The position numbers were made by a program, and so were the translations under genes. This document shows, piece by piece, positions 46,277-56,265 of a DNA stretch of 64,000 nt. The notes beneath the pieces are model-generated. The model was not told where the DNA came from and made no database searches. It worked only from the letters and a program-made list of their open reading frames with translations. Each line of letters opens with the position of its first letter. Within the stretch, counting starts at the first letter, position 1. The DNA is from Clostridiales bacterium (GTDB taxonomy: Bacteria; Bacillota; Clostridia; Peptostreptococcales; Acidaminobacteraceae), in the NCBI GenBank assembly GCA_021107455.1, contig JAIOSU010000212.1, forward strand, positions 5,123 to 69,122. Direction: 5' to 3'.

Positions 46277-46783
46277 ATGATTAATCCAAGACTTGAAGAA
46301 GCAATTAACAAACAAATCAACGCTGAACTTTACTCAGCGTATCTTTATCTATCTATGGCAGCTTATTTTGAAGATGCCAATCTACCGGGATTCGCAAATT
46401 GGATGCGCGTACAGTTCGAAGAAGAGCAATTTCATGGAATGAGATTCCTGAACTATCTTGTTGAACGAGGTGGCAGAGTAAAACTTGAAGCAATTGAAAA
46501 ACCTAGATTTGAATGGAATAGTGTTCTTGAGGTATTCGAAGAGACACTTGAGCATGAGAAACATGTAACTGCTTTGATCAACAACATCGCAGATATCGCT
46601 GAAGAAGAAAAAGACCGTGCAACACGTAACTTGTTGATTTGGTTCATCGATGAGCAAGTTGAAGAAGAAGGTGCTGCGGAGAAAATTATAAATGAACTCA
46701 AAATGATTGGTGGAGAAGGTCACGGCATGTTGATGCTCGATAGAGAATTTGCAGCTAGAACTTTTGTGCCACCTGTTATATAA
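46277..46783 (+). CDS. Non-heme ferritin
   Basis: LNKQINAELYSAYLYLSMAAYFE...FEEEQFHGMRFLNYL...LEHEKHVT. Confidence 0.85.
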   Translation: MINPRLEEAINKQINAELYSAYLYLSMAAYFEDANLPGFANWMRVQFEEEQFHGMRFLNYLVERGGRVKLEAIEKPRFEWNSVLEVFEETLEHEKHVTALINNIADIAEEEKDRATRNLLIWFIDEQVEEEGAAEKIINELKMIGGEGHGMLMLDREFAARTFVPPVI

Positions 46784-46815
46784 ACTTTAAACTTTAAACT
46801 GGAGGGTAAATTAAT

Positions 46816-47391
46816 ATGGCGAGTATTAAAGGAACTAAAACTGAACAGAATTTATTGAAAGCATTTGCTGGAGAATCACAAGCTAGAAACAGATATCAAA
46901 TGTTTGCTAAGCAAGCTGAAAAAGATGGCTTTAGACAAATTGCGGATATTTTTATGGAAACCGCTGATAATGAGCGTGTTCACGCAGGAAGATTCTTCAG
47001 TTATCTCGAAGGTGGAGACGTGGAAATCACTGCAACTTATCCTGCAGGTAAAGTAGGCACAACACTTGAGAACCTTAAAGCAGCTGCAATGGGTGAAAAT
47101 GAAGAGTGGACTACACTTTATCCTGAATTTGCTAGAATTGCACGTGAGGAAGGCTTCCCGAAAGTTGCAGCAACATTTGACTTCATCTCAAAGGCTGAAA
47201 TTGAGCATGAGAACAGATACAACAAACTTGCAAGCAACATTGAAAACGACATCGTGTTCAAAAGAGATGAAGTTGTGAGATGGAAATGCAACAAGTGTGG
47301 ATATGTACATGAAGGCAATGAAGCTCCTGAAATTTGTCCGACATGTTTACATCCAAAAGAGCATTTTGAACTCAAGGAAACTAATTATTAA
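46816..47391 (+). CDS. rbr: Rubrerythrin
   Basis: GTKTEQNLLKAFAGESQARNRY...ADNERVHA...EIEHENRY plus C-terminal rubredoxin-like WKCNKCGYVHEG...CPTCLHP. Confidence 0.9.
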   Translation: MASIKGTKTEQNLLKAFAGESQARNRYQMFAKQAEKDGFRQIADIFMETADNERVHAGRFFSYLEGGDVEITATYPAGKVGTTLENLKAAAMGENEEWTTLYPEFARIAREEGFPKVAATFDFISKAEIEHENRYNKLASNIENDIVFKRDEVVRWKCNKCGYVHEGNEAPEICPTCLHPKEHFELKETNY

Positions 47392-47413
47392 TTGAATTTT
47401 CAGTTAAAGATCA

Positions 47414-47453
47414 AAAGTCTTATGCAACGAGAGGTTGCATTGGACTTTTTTTT
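47414..47453 (+). terminator. Intrinsic terminator after rbr
   Basis: AAAGTCttATGCAAC-gagag-GTTGCATtgGACTTT followed by a T-run. Confidence 0.75.
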
Positions 47454-47512
47454 CATTTATTATAAGAGATAACAAATTATTTCGAGAATCGAAATCAAAA
47501 GGGGAGGACCAT

Positions 47513-48073
47513 ATGGATAGAACTGAAGGAATGACCTGGTTAAGAGAAAAAGTAGAAAGTGAAAGTTTGATCAAACACTGTTTGGCAGTTGAAGCGGCAA
47601 TGCGCGGTTATGCGAGAATTTATGGAGAAGATGAAGAAAGATGGGGGCTTTGTGGTTTGCTTCATGATATAGATTTTGAAAAGCATCCCGATGAACATCC
47701 CTTTGTAGGCACAGAATGGTTGAGAGAAAAAGGATTTGATGAGGATTTTGCTCTTGCCGTAAAAGGACATGGAGATTATACGAATACTCCGAGAGAAACC
47801 CTGATGGCGAAAGTATTATATGCTGTGGATGAAATGTCAAGTTTCATAATTGCTGTTGCGCTTGTCAGACCAGACAAGTTTGAAGGATTGGCATCAAAAT
47901 CGGTGAAGAAAAAATTGAAGGATAAGGCATTTGCCCGTGCTGTGAATAGAGAAGGAGTGCTTCAAAGTGCAGAAGAACTAGGCGTGGATTTTACTGAACA
48001 TATAGAAAATGTGATAGAAGCACTTAGAACTCGTGAAAGTGAACTTGAAAAAGAAGGGCTGTCTTTGATATGA
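47513..48073 (+). CDS. HD/HDIG-domain phosphohydrolase
   Basis: LIKHCLAVEAAMRGYA...GLLHDIDFEKHPDEHP. GGGGAGG RBS before ATG 47513. Confidence 0.75.
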   Translation: MDRTEGMTWLREKVESESLIKHCLAVEAAMRGYARIYGEDEERWGLCGLLHDIDFEKHPDEHPFVGTEWLREKGFDEDFALAVKGHGDYTNTPRETLMAKVLYAVDEMSSFIIAVALVRPDKFEGLASKSVKKKLKDKAFARAVNREGVLQSAEELGVDFTEHIENVIEALRTRESELEKEGLSLI

Positions 48074-48711
48074 GAGTTCTTATTACTGGATTTGAACCTT
48101 TTGGTGGAGAAATTGTGAATCCTGCGCTGGAAGCCGTGATGAAAATAGATAATAAGCTCAATCACATAGATGTGATCAAAGCGAAATTACCAGTAGTGTT
48201 TCATCAATCCATCAGTATCTTAAGGCAGTTGATAGAGTTGCACAAACCAACTGTAGTCATTTGTGTCGGTCAAGCTGGTGGGCGGACATCCATCACGCTG
48301 GAACGAGTTGGAATAAATGTCGATGATGCGCGTATACCTGATAACGAAGGCAACACACCTGTGGATCAAAAGATTAATCCTAATGGTCCAGATGCATATT
48401 TTTCTTCGTTACCAATCAAAGCAATTGTTAGTGCTATCAATGAAAGTGGCATTCCAGCAAATATTTCAAATTCAGCAGGTACTTACGTCTGCAATCATGT
48501 GCTTTATGGTCTTTGTGACTTAATAGCCTCTAGTTCGTTGGATATTAAGGGTGGTTTCATGCATGTTCCATTTGCTCCAGAGCAAGTGGTGAAAAATCCA
48601 GGTCAACCATCCATGTCAGTTGAAAACATCGTAAGTGCAATAGAGACTGCAATTAGGATCAGTTGCACAGTGACTAATGATATAGCTGTTGCCGATGGCT
48701 CAACCCACTGA
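48070..48711 (+). CDS. pcp: Pyroglutamyl-peptidase I
   Basis: MRVLITGFEPFGGEIVNPA...VGQAGGR...SAGTYVCNHVLY...GGFMHVP. Confidence 0.9.
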   Translation: MRVLITGFEPFGGEIVNPALEAVMKIDNKLNHIDVIKAKLPVVFHQSISILRQLIELHKPTVVICVGQAGGRTSITLERVGINVDDARIPDNEGNTPVDQKINPNGPDAYFSSLPIKAIVSAINESGIPANISNSAGTYVCNHVLYGLCDLIASSSLDIKGGFMHVPFAPEQVVKNPGQPSMSVENIVSAIETAIRISCTVTNDIAVADGSTH

Positions 48712-49257
48712 TTATTTCTTGAAAGGTTCCATACCTTTATTTGCGAGTGCGTCGGCCAAATGATTCAGTTCGATGAGAGATTTGAACTCTTCCAGGCTCA
48801 AGTTTGTCTTATTGTCCGCATTGAATTTATTGTGCCATTTGGATACATCAGCAGTCTTTTTAACATCAAGATGGCCTTTGATTTTGTAAAAAGTCACCTG
48901 AGCAAAAGAATTTACCAGTTCAATTAAAGTTTGCCATAAGAGCTTGTTTTCAACAGGCTCTTTTTTTGATGTCTGCCAACCGTTGATCATCCATTTGTGA
49001 TACCATCCATTTCTGAAACAATTCACAACGTAAGCACTATCCGAATAGATATCAACTTTCAGGTTTTTTGTCTTGAGTTGCTTAAGTGCCTCAATTGCCG
49101 CAGTAAGCTCCATTATATTGTTTGTTGTTTGATCGGATCCACCAAAAATTTCTTTTACCTGATCACCAGATTTCAGTACTGCTCCCCATCCGCCGACATT
49201 TTCAGCCTGACCATTACCGGAGCAGGCACCGTCGCAGAATATTATAACGTTTTTCAT
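48712..49257 (-). CDS. rnhA: Ribonuclease HI with a C-terminal extension
   Basis: IFCDGACSGNG...GGWGAVL...NNIMELTAAIEAL...IYSDSAYVVN. DEDD-type catalytic residues. Confidence 0.8.
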   Translation of the reverse strand: MKNVIIFCDGACSGNGQAENVGGWGAVLKSGDQVKEIFGGSDQTTNNIMELTAAIEALKQLKTKNLKVDIYSDSAYVVNCFRNGWYHKWMINGWQTSKKEPVENKLLWQTLIELVNSFAQVTFYKIKGHLDVKKTADVSKWHNKFNADNKTNLSLEEFKSLIELNHLADALANKGMEPFKK

Positions 49258-49395
49258 AAGTCACCTCATCGTTATTATACCAATCTCAAGTAAGCATTTC
49301 AATCAAAGCCTAAGAGTCAGAATTTTCGCACAAATCACATGAATTTTGGTATGATTAAAGTGCAATACATAAAATTTGTCTTGGAGGGCATGTGG

Positions 49396-50823
49396 ATGTT
49401 TAAAAATTATCTCGAAGTACAGGAATTTTGCAAAAAGAATCAAATCAAGTTGATAGATTTCAAGATATTGGACTTGGCTGGTCGTTGGCACCACTTGACT
49501 ATCACACCTAGAAGATTTACATCGGAAACAATCGAGCATGGGATCGGGTTTGATGGTTCAAGTTATGGATTTTTGACTGTCGAGAAATCCGATATGGTTT
49601 TCAAACCGGACCTTACCTCTTATTTCATAGATCCTTTTGCTGAAATCAAGACATTGGTGTTCATGACAAAAGTTTATAAATTGGGCGATGTCCATACCAG
49701 ATTTGAAAGTGATCCAAGATTTGTTTGTGAGAAAGCAGAAGCCTATATCAAAGAAAAGAAAATTGCAACCAGAGTGATGCTTGGTCCTGAATTTGAGTAT
49801 TATACATTCGATTCAATGCATTTTAGTATGAAACCTGAATCATACGGTTATAAACTAGATGCCAAACAGGCGCATTGGAATTCGGATACGGAAGACAACA
49901 ATAATGGTTATATCGTTGGACATCATGGTGGGTATCACGTGGATCTTCCTAAAGATATCAATTTTGATATGCGTAATGAGATGGTTCTAATGCTTGAAAA
50001 CCTATGCGTGCCAGTAAAATACCACCATCCGGAAGTTGGTGGTCCCGGTCAACAGGAAATTGAACTCGACTTTGACAATACCTTAGTCATGGGAGATCGA
50101 ACCATGCTGGTCAAATATGTCGTTAAAAACGTTGCAGCATCACATGGCAAGACAGCGACATTCATGCCGAAACCGATATTTGGAGAAGCGGGAAATGGAA
50201 TGCATGTCCATATACAACTCTTTGACGGTGAGACACCGCTTTTCTATGAAAAAGGTGGATATTCGGATATGAGTAAAATTGGGCTCTATGCCATCGGTGG
50301 TATTCTGAAACACTCGGCATCTCTTATGGCGTTCACAAATCCGAGTACAAATGCATTTAAAAGACTTGTACCAGGTTATGAAGCGCCTGTAAGTATATGC
50401 TTTGGTACTGCGAACAGAAGCTCGGTCATCAGAATTCCAGGCTATGCTACTGAGCCTTCTGAGAAAAGATTTGAGTTTAGACCATCTGATGCAACTGCAA
50501 ACCCTTATCTTGCATTTTCAGCACTTGTAATGGCTGCTATTGATGGCATCATTGAAAAAATTGATCCTACTGATGAAGGTTTTGGACCATATGATATCAA
50601 CGTTTTTGACTTGCCGGAGGACCAGAAGCACAAGATCAAAGGTTTACCTAAAAATCTATATGAAACCATAAGTGCTCTGGAGACGGATTCCGACTATCTG
50701 TTAAGAGGTGATGTTTTCACAAGGGAACTTCTTGATAACCAGATCAAATATCTCAGAAAGGAAGCTGCAGCCGAGAGTACCATGCCTTCACCAAGGGAGT
50801 TCATGGCATATTATGATTTGTAG
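49396..50823 (+). CDS. glnA: Glutamine synthetase (type I family)
   Basis: GPEFEYY...HHPEVGGPGQQEI...KPIFGEAGNGMHVHIQLF...NAFKRLVPGYEAP...NRSSVIRIP. Start chosen for GGAGGG spacing. Confidence 0.85.
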   Translation: MFKNYLEVQEFCKKNQIKLIDFKILDLAGRWHHLTITPRRFTSETIEHGIGFDGSSYGFLTVEKSDMVFKPDLTSYFIDPFAEIKTLVFMTKVYKLGDVHTRFESDPRFVCEKAEAYIKEKKIATRVMLGPEFEYYTFDSMHFSMKPESYGYKLDAKQAHWNSDTEDNNNGYIVGHHGGYHVDLPKDINFDMRNEMVLMLENLCVPVKYHHPEVGGPGQQEIELDFDNTLVMGDRTMLVKYVVKNVAASHGKTATFMPKPIFGEAGNGMHVHIQLFDGETPLFYEKGGYSDMSKIGLYAIGGILKHSASLMAFTNPSTNAFKRLVPGYEAPVSICFGTANRSSVIRIPGYATEPSEKRFEFRPSDATANPYLAFSALVMAAIDGIIEKIDPTDEGFGPYDINVFDLPEDQKHKIKGLPKNLYETISALETDSDYLLRGDVFTRELLDNQIKYLRKEAAAESTMPSPREFMAYYDL

Positions 50824-50931
50824 ATCCCACCTGAACAACTAAAAAAATCCGCATTTGACGTTGTAAAAGCCTAAAGATAATGAGATAATATGTTAACACC
50901 AAACTATTGATTATTTAAGGATGATGACTAT

Positions 50932-52431
50932 ATGCGAGATATGCAAATATTGGATCTGCTAAAAAAGTTGATAGCGGTTCGGAGTGACAATGGAACCGTT
51001 TTTGAGAAGAAATTTGAACAGACCATTCTGTCTATTATAAAGAATATGGATTACTTTGTACAAAATCCCAATCACTTCGGATCGGAATCGATTGAGGATG
51101 ATTTGATGGGAAGGCGCATTGTTTGGGCATTCAAAGATAATTCCAGTGAAAAGACGGTTGTGCTTTTCGGCCATTATGATACAGTGGGTCTGGAAATGTA
51201 TGAGAATTACGATTATGATGAGGATGAAGACTGGCTATACGGTAGGGGAAGCTGCGATATGAAAGCGGGGCTTGCAATACAACTTCGACTCATGGAGAAG
51301 ATAGAGAGCACTGATTGTCCCAATTTGATTTTAATCAGTGTACCTGATGAAGAAGGTATGTCAGTAGGAATGCGTAGCGCCTCTATGCTTCTTAAGAGAC
51401 TGAAGAAGCAATTCAAACTGTCCTATAAATTGGCGATACTTTCAGAACCTCAACAAAAAGATGATAATCAGGTCTTCAAAGTGCATACCGGTTCGGTCGG
51501 AAAAATGTTGCCATTCATTATGACCAAAGGATCACCATCGCATGCTGGAATCCCTTTTTCGGGGTTGAGTTCCGTGGGTCTGATGAATGAGATCATAAAA
51601 GCCATTGAATTCAATACTGAAATGGGAGATATTGTAGAGCGTAAGATGTCACCTCCTCCAATTTTTCTTGGTATCAAATCCATGAAAAACAATTACGATG
51701 TGACCATGCCTGAATTTACTGCATCATATTTTAATTGGCTTTTTTTGAAAGATGATTTAGATAAAAAGATGAATCAACTCAAAAGTCTTTGTGTATGGTC
51801 TGCAGAAGATGCTATCAATCAATACAATTATTCCTATAATGAATTCCTTAGAAAACAAGGATTGCCTAGTTATGAGTGTTGTCATCAGATTGATGTCGAA
51901 GTCCTGTTTTATGATGAACTTATGGAAGTCGCATCGCAACATGTGGACACGAAAGCTTTGATAGAGAGAATCACATCTGATCATACTGATTTGTCCACAC
52001 AGGATTTGTCACTTTTGATCACAAAAGGATTGCTTGAAGCCATAAAAAGTCCGGAACCCATGATTGTCATTGGACTCCTGGCACCTTATTATCCAGTGGT
52101 GGACAGCGGCGATCACTATGAATCCGTAATCAAAGGAATTCTTGAAAAAAGTGTTGATGACCTTCAGTTGGAACTCCAGAAAGAATCATACTTCATGGGC
52201 ATATCGGATATGAGTTTCATTAAGAACACAAAAAATAAAAATCAAAGAATAAGGAATCTGATGCCTGTTGATTTTACGATTCATTTTGATGTGATTGATG
52301 AACTGGGGATAGAAGTGATCAATATAGGACCTTGGGGAAAGGATCTTCACAAAATCACAGAACGCGTTTATATTCCTGATGTCGTGGAGACTGTTCCTGA
52401 AATTATTAGAGATTTGATTAGAAACTTATGA
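50932..52431 (+). CDS. M20/M25/M40-family metallopeptidase, RocB-like
   Basis: VVLFGHYDTVG...GRGSCDMKAGLA...VPDEEGMS. Confidence 0.65.
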   Translation: MRDMQILDLLKKLIAVRSDNGTVFEKKFEQTILSIIKNMDYFVQNPNHFGSESIEDDLMGRRIVWAFKDNSSEKTVVLFGHYDTVGLEMYENYDYDEDEDWLYGRGSCDMKAGLAIQLRLMEKIESTDCPNLILISVPDEEGMSVGMRSASMLLKRLKKQFKLSYKLAILSEPQQKDDNQVFKVHTGSVGKMLPFIMTKGSPSHAGIPFSGLSSVGLMNEIIKAIEFNTEMGDIVERKMSPPPIFLGIKSMKNNYDVTMPEFTASYFNWLFLKDDLDKKMNQLKSLCVWSAEDAINQYNYSYNEFLRKQGLPSYECCHQIDVEVLFYDELMEVASQHVDTKALIERITSDHTDLSTQDLSLLITKGLLEAIKSPEPMIVIGLLAPYYPVVDSGDHYESVIKGILEKSVDDLQLELQKESYFMGISDMSFIKNTKNKNQRIRNLMPVDFTIHFDVIDELGIEVINIGPWGKDLHKITERVYIPDVVETVPEIIRDLIRNL

Positions 52432-52442
52432 TTAAATTAATA

Positions 52443-52491
52443 GGGGAAATTTCAAAACTAGATGGTTCAAAGTTTTGAAATTTCCCCTTTT
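52443..52491 (+). terminator. Strong intrinsic terminator
   Basis: GGGGAAATTTCAAAAC...GTTTTGAAATTTCCCC (16-bp stem) followed by TTTT. Confidence 0.85.
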
Positions 52492-52508
52492 ATTGTGTAT
52501 AACTTTTC

Positions 52509-52586
52509 TTATCCCCACTGTAAAGGGTTTAAATTAACATGATTTCAACAAGTAAAACAGGTAATTGTGGATAAAACTGTGGATAG
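52509..52586 (+). promoter_or_regulatory. DnaA-box-like cluster (three boxes)
   Basis: TTATCCcCA (52509-52517), TGTGGATAA (52566-52574), TGTGGATAg (52578-52586). The tandem pair has the same 12-nt register as the pair at 40039-40059. Confidence 0.5.
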
Positions 52587-52607
52587 TGTGGGCAAACATC
52601 CGTTTGG

Positions 52608-54389
52608 TTATTGGGTTTTAGCTGTTACAATTGCTTCGAATGCGTCCACATCACTTTTTATTTGCTCAAGTGAAGCCTTCCAAAATGATTTTTGAGTCGG
52701 ATCGATACCAACGAGTTTACATACATCGTATATGCTCATTTTACCGGTTGCTTTGAGTAGTGCATCATATTCCGGTATGAATGACTCGCCTTTTTCAAGG
52801 TAAATGGCATAAAGTCCACGAGCAAATAATAGCCCGAAAGCATAAGGGAAGTTATAGAAATTTCTGGATGCATAATAGTAATGAGTTTTATTGAGCCACA
52901 TATATGGATGCAGATATTCAGGGTCAAGGCAATCGCCGTAAGCTTTTTTTTGTGAGTCCAGCATCAGGTTGTTCAGTTCGTTGACTGAAAGCGGGTGATC
53001 TTTTCTGGTTTCAAAAACCTGAGATTCAAAATAGAATCTTGAAAGAATATCTACGACAACACCTGTAGCTCCTTGTAGGCTGTTTTCAAGTATGGAAAGA
53101 GCCAAATCTTCGTTTGCATCTTTTAAGACCGCATTCCTAACGATTGTTTCGCAGAATATTGAAGCGGTTTCGGCGAGTGGCATCGGGTAGGTAGTGTTAA
53201 GAATGCTTTCGCTCATGATTCTGTCGCCGTGGAAACCATGTCCCAGCTCGTGGGCAAGCGTCAGCACATTTTTGAGTTTTCCGGTGAAATTCGTGAGGAT
53301 TCGGCTTTCTTTTATGCTAGGAATGTTGGAACAGAATGCTCCACCGACTTTACCCTCGCGAGGCTCAAAATCAATCCAGTCATTATCAAAGCTTTTGCGT
53401 GCAAAACTTGAGAGTTCTTCACTAAAATCTCCAAAATATTTGATGATAAATGCCTTAGCTTCATCAATAGTGAATTCTTGGTCCAAATCCGAGACAGGGG
53501 CAAATAAATCGTAAAAAGGCATTGGACCTTGGTGACCGATGAGTTTAGCCTTTAGGAGCACGTAGCGCCTGAACACGGGTAGATAATCTTCCATGGTTCC
53601 AATCATTGCACTTAGTATTTCGCGATTCATCCTTGAATTCCACAAAGTTTCGTCAAGTGGTGAATCAAATCCTCTGAGTTTGCTTACTGTGAGCACCTCT
53701 CCCTTGATTCCATTCAGAGCCGCCGCAGAAATCTCAGCATGTTTATTATAGGCAATCAGTTCTGATTCATAACCAAGACGTCTCATTTGTGGATCTTTTG
53801 AAAACGCAAGATTTCGAATTTTCATAATTGGCCAGTTTTCAATTTTGTTATCGATTACTACAGTACCAGTCAATTGAGAGGATACTTTGCTTTGTAGAGT
53901 TTCCCAAGCGCTGGATCCAGTCAACTTGAGTTTTGAAATCAAGACTTCCTCATTCAATGAAAGCATATGCTTAGTGGATGCAAGTGCTTCTTCAAGAAAG
54001 AATCTATGGGTGGCAATAAGCTCTGAACGACTACATAATTCATCCAAATCCACTTCTTTGAGAAGTGTTTTGAAAACAACCATCGGCTCAGTCAATTCGC
54101 TCTGCTTGCTCTGAATTTTACTGACTAAAGAGGTTGCTTTTTCTGATCTGGAGTCCACGGTAAAACTTAAATGTCCAAAGGCTTGCAAACGTCTAAGTCT
54201 CGTGGTGTCCTCTATCAAATAATTCAAAAATATTTCTATTAGTTTGGTTCTATCAATGGATTTGTCACTTATGTCCTCAATCCATTTCAAGTATTTTTCA
54301 TTTAACCGATCTATGGCACTCAAATCAGTTTGAAGTTCCGGAGAGTCAAATCCTTTATATAGTGCATCGAGGTTCCATGTGTTTTTCAT
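52608..54389 (-). CDS. pepF: M3B oligoendopeptidase F family
   Basis: HELGHGFH zinc motif, PLAETASIFCE, about 590 aa. Confidence 0.85.
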   Translation of the reverse strand: MKNTWNLDALYKGFDSPELQTDLSAIDRLNEKYLKWIEDISDKSIDRTKLIEIFLNYLIEDTTRLRRLQAFGHLSFTVDSRSEKATSLVSKIQSKQSELTEPMVVFKTLLKEVDLDELCSRSELIATHRFFLEEALASTKHMLSLNEEVLISKLKLTGSSAWETLQSKVSSQLTGTVVIDNKIENWPIMKIRNLAFSKDPQMRRLGYESELIAYNKHAEISAAALNGIKGEVLTVSKLRGFDSPLDETLWNSRMNREILSAMIGTMEDYLPVFRRYVLLKAKLIGHQGPMPFYDLFAPVSDLDQEFTIDEAKAFIIKYFGDFSEELSSFARKSFDNDWIDFEPREGKVGGAFCSNIPSIKESRILTNFTGKLKNVLTLAHELGHGFHGDRIMSESILNTTYPMPLAETASIFCETIVRNAVLKDANEDLALSILENSLQGATGVVVDILSRFYFESQVFETRKDHPLSVNELNNLMLDSQKKAYGDCLDPEYLHPYMWLNKTHYYYASRNFYNFPYAFGLLFARGLYAIYLEKGESFIPEYDALLKATGKMSIYDVCKLVGIDPTQKSFWKASLEQIKSDVDAFEAIVTAKTQ

Positions 54390-56155
54390 AACGCCTCCTC
54401 TGATGTGAGTTTTATAAACAAATCAATATCTTTTTTTATGATGCTTAAAGAAGCGTCCCAGAAATCTACTGATTCAACATCAATTGACATTGTTTTGCAG
54501 ACATCAACAATGGATAATCTGCCCGATACGGCTAAAAGATTATCATAGTTTGCTTTGAAGTACTCAGGGTTTTCGAGGTATTTTGCGTATAATCCTTTAG
54601 CAAACAAAAGTCCGAAAGCATAAGGGAAATTGTAGAAATTTCGCTCGGCCGAATAATAATGAGGCTTAATCAACCACATGTAAGGATGGAGGATATCCGA
54701 ATCAATACCTTCGCCATAAGCTCTTTTTTGTGCTTCCATCATCAACTCGTTCAGTTCTGCAACCGAGAGTGGATGATCAGATCTGTTTTCAAACAAATTG
54801 GTCTCAAAAGTATATCTCGAAAAAATATCGCAAATGACTTGTGTGGCATCTTGCAAGCTGCTCTCAAGGATAGTGATCGATTCATCAACAGAAGCAATCT
54901 TAAGAGCTGCATTGTTGACAATTGTCTCACAGAATGTCGATGCTGTTTCTGCAAGTGGCATTGGATAATGAGTGTTCAATATATGCTCGTCATTCGTACA
55001 GATGGCATGATAGCCATGGCCGAGTTCATGGGCCATTGTAGTCACATCGCTTAAGTTTCCTGTATAGTTGAGCATAACCCTGAACTGTCCAAGCGGGTGA
55101 AGTGAGGCACAAAATGCGCCACTGACTTTACCTTGTCTAGGCTCAACATCGATCCAGTGATTATCTAGAGCCATCTGTGCGACATCAGCGAGTTTGTCTG
55201 AGAAACTTCTGAAATTGTCTACAACAAATCGACTGCCCTCTTCAAATGAATATTGTTTGGAAAAAGAACCCACTGGTGCGAACAAATCATAAAAAGGTAA
55301 ACTGCCTTTGTGTCCGAGTACTTCTGATTTCTTTTTCAGGTATTTTTGAAATTCGGGAAGTGAATTCTCAATTGCCTCCATCATGGCGTCGAGTGTACCT
55401 TTGGTCATCCTGGACTCGGTGAGAGTCATATGAAGGGGCGAGTCGTAACCTCTCATTTTACTGGTGGTTATTACCTCGCCTTTGATGCTGTTTAGCGCCA
55501 TTGCCACGGCTTCGGATATGTTTTTATATGCAGACAGTTCTGTCTCATAGGCCATTTTGCGTACTTCTGGTGAAGAATCATAGGCATAATTCCTTATAGT
55601 GGTTATAGGGAGTTCTTTTGTTTCACCATCTATTGTGATTGGAGCGGTCAACTTTGAAACCAGTTTGCTCTGAAGAGTATTCCACGATTTTGAACCGGTG
55701 ATGCTGAGTTCAGACAGAAGCAATTCTTCAGGCTCTGAAAGCATATATCTTGATTTGTTTTTTTGTTCTCTGATTATAAAAGTGAGAGACTTTAGATACT
55801 CAGATTTTGAAATCAGAGCATCGATGTTTTGAATGGAGTTAAGATAAACAGTCAACCTGGTTTCTGAAGCAGTTGTTTTAGAAAGGAGTTGTTGAAGTTT
55901 GCTTCTCCATTGCAATGCTTTTTCATGGCTTGTATCTACTGAAAATGTTAGACTGGAGTAACTGATCAGTTTGACTCCCGTTTGTTGGATTTTTTCTAAG
56001 GTTTTAAAATATTCTTCGAGAGAGTTATCTGATTGAATGGTCTCTGAAATTGAATCCAATGATTTAATCAGGTGTTCCAGTAGTTCATAATCGGCTCTAT
56101 ACTCCGCTGAGTCGAAGCTTTTATACAGTTCGTCCAAGGACCAGGTTTTGATCAT
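54386..56155 (-). CDS. pepF: M3B oligoendopeptidase F family (tandem paralog)
   Basis: HELGHGYH, PLAETASTFCE. Collinear with the downstream paralog; stop and start overlap by 4 nt. Confidence 0.85.
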   Translation of the reverse strand: MIKTWSLDELYKSFDSAEYRADYELLEHLIKSLDSISETIQSDNSLEEYFKTLEKIQQTGVKLISYSSLTFSVDTSHEKALQWRSKLQQLLSKTTASETRLTVYLNSIQNIDALISKSEYLKSLTFIIREQKNKSRYMLSEPEELLLSELSITGSKSWNTLQSKLVSKLTAPITIDGETKELPITTIRNYAYDSSPEVRKMAYETELSAYKNISEAVAMALNSIKGEVITTSKMRGYDSPLHMTLTESRMTKGTLDAMMEAIENSLPEFQKYLKKKSEVLGHKGSLPFYDLFAPVGSFSKQYSFEEGSRFVVDNFRSFSDKLADVAQMALDNHWIDVEPRQGKVSGAFCASLHPLGQFRVMLNYTGNLSDVTTMAHELGHGYHAICTNDEHILNTHYPMPLAETASTFCETIVNNAALKIASVDESITILESSLQDATQVICDIFSRYTFETNLFENRSDHPLSVAELNELMMEAQKRAYGEGIDSDILHPYMWLIKPHYYSAERNFYNFPYAFGLLFAKGLYAKYLENPEYFKANYDNLLAVSGRLSIVDVCKTMSIDVESVDFWDASLSIIKKDIDLFIKLTSEEAL

Positions 56156-56230
56156 TATTGCCTCCTAATTTCTTTAGATTATCGAAATGATTTTCAAGAT
56201 TATTATAACATGAATATTCAAAATATTCAT

Positions 56231-56264
56231 AAAAAAAATCCTGCACGGCTTCCGTTCCAGGATT
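56231..56264 (-). terminator. Terminator after the GGDEF gene
   Basis: AATCCTG...CAGGATT hairpin flanked by A- and T-runs. Confidence 0.6.
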
Positions 56265-56265
56265 T

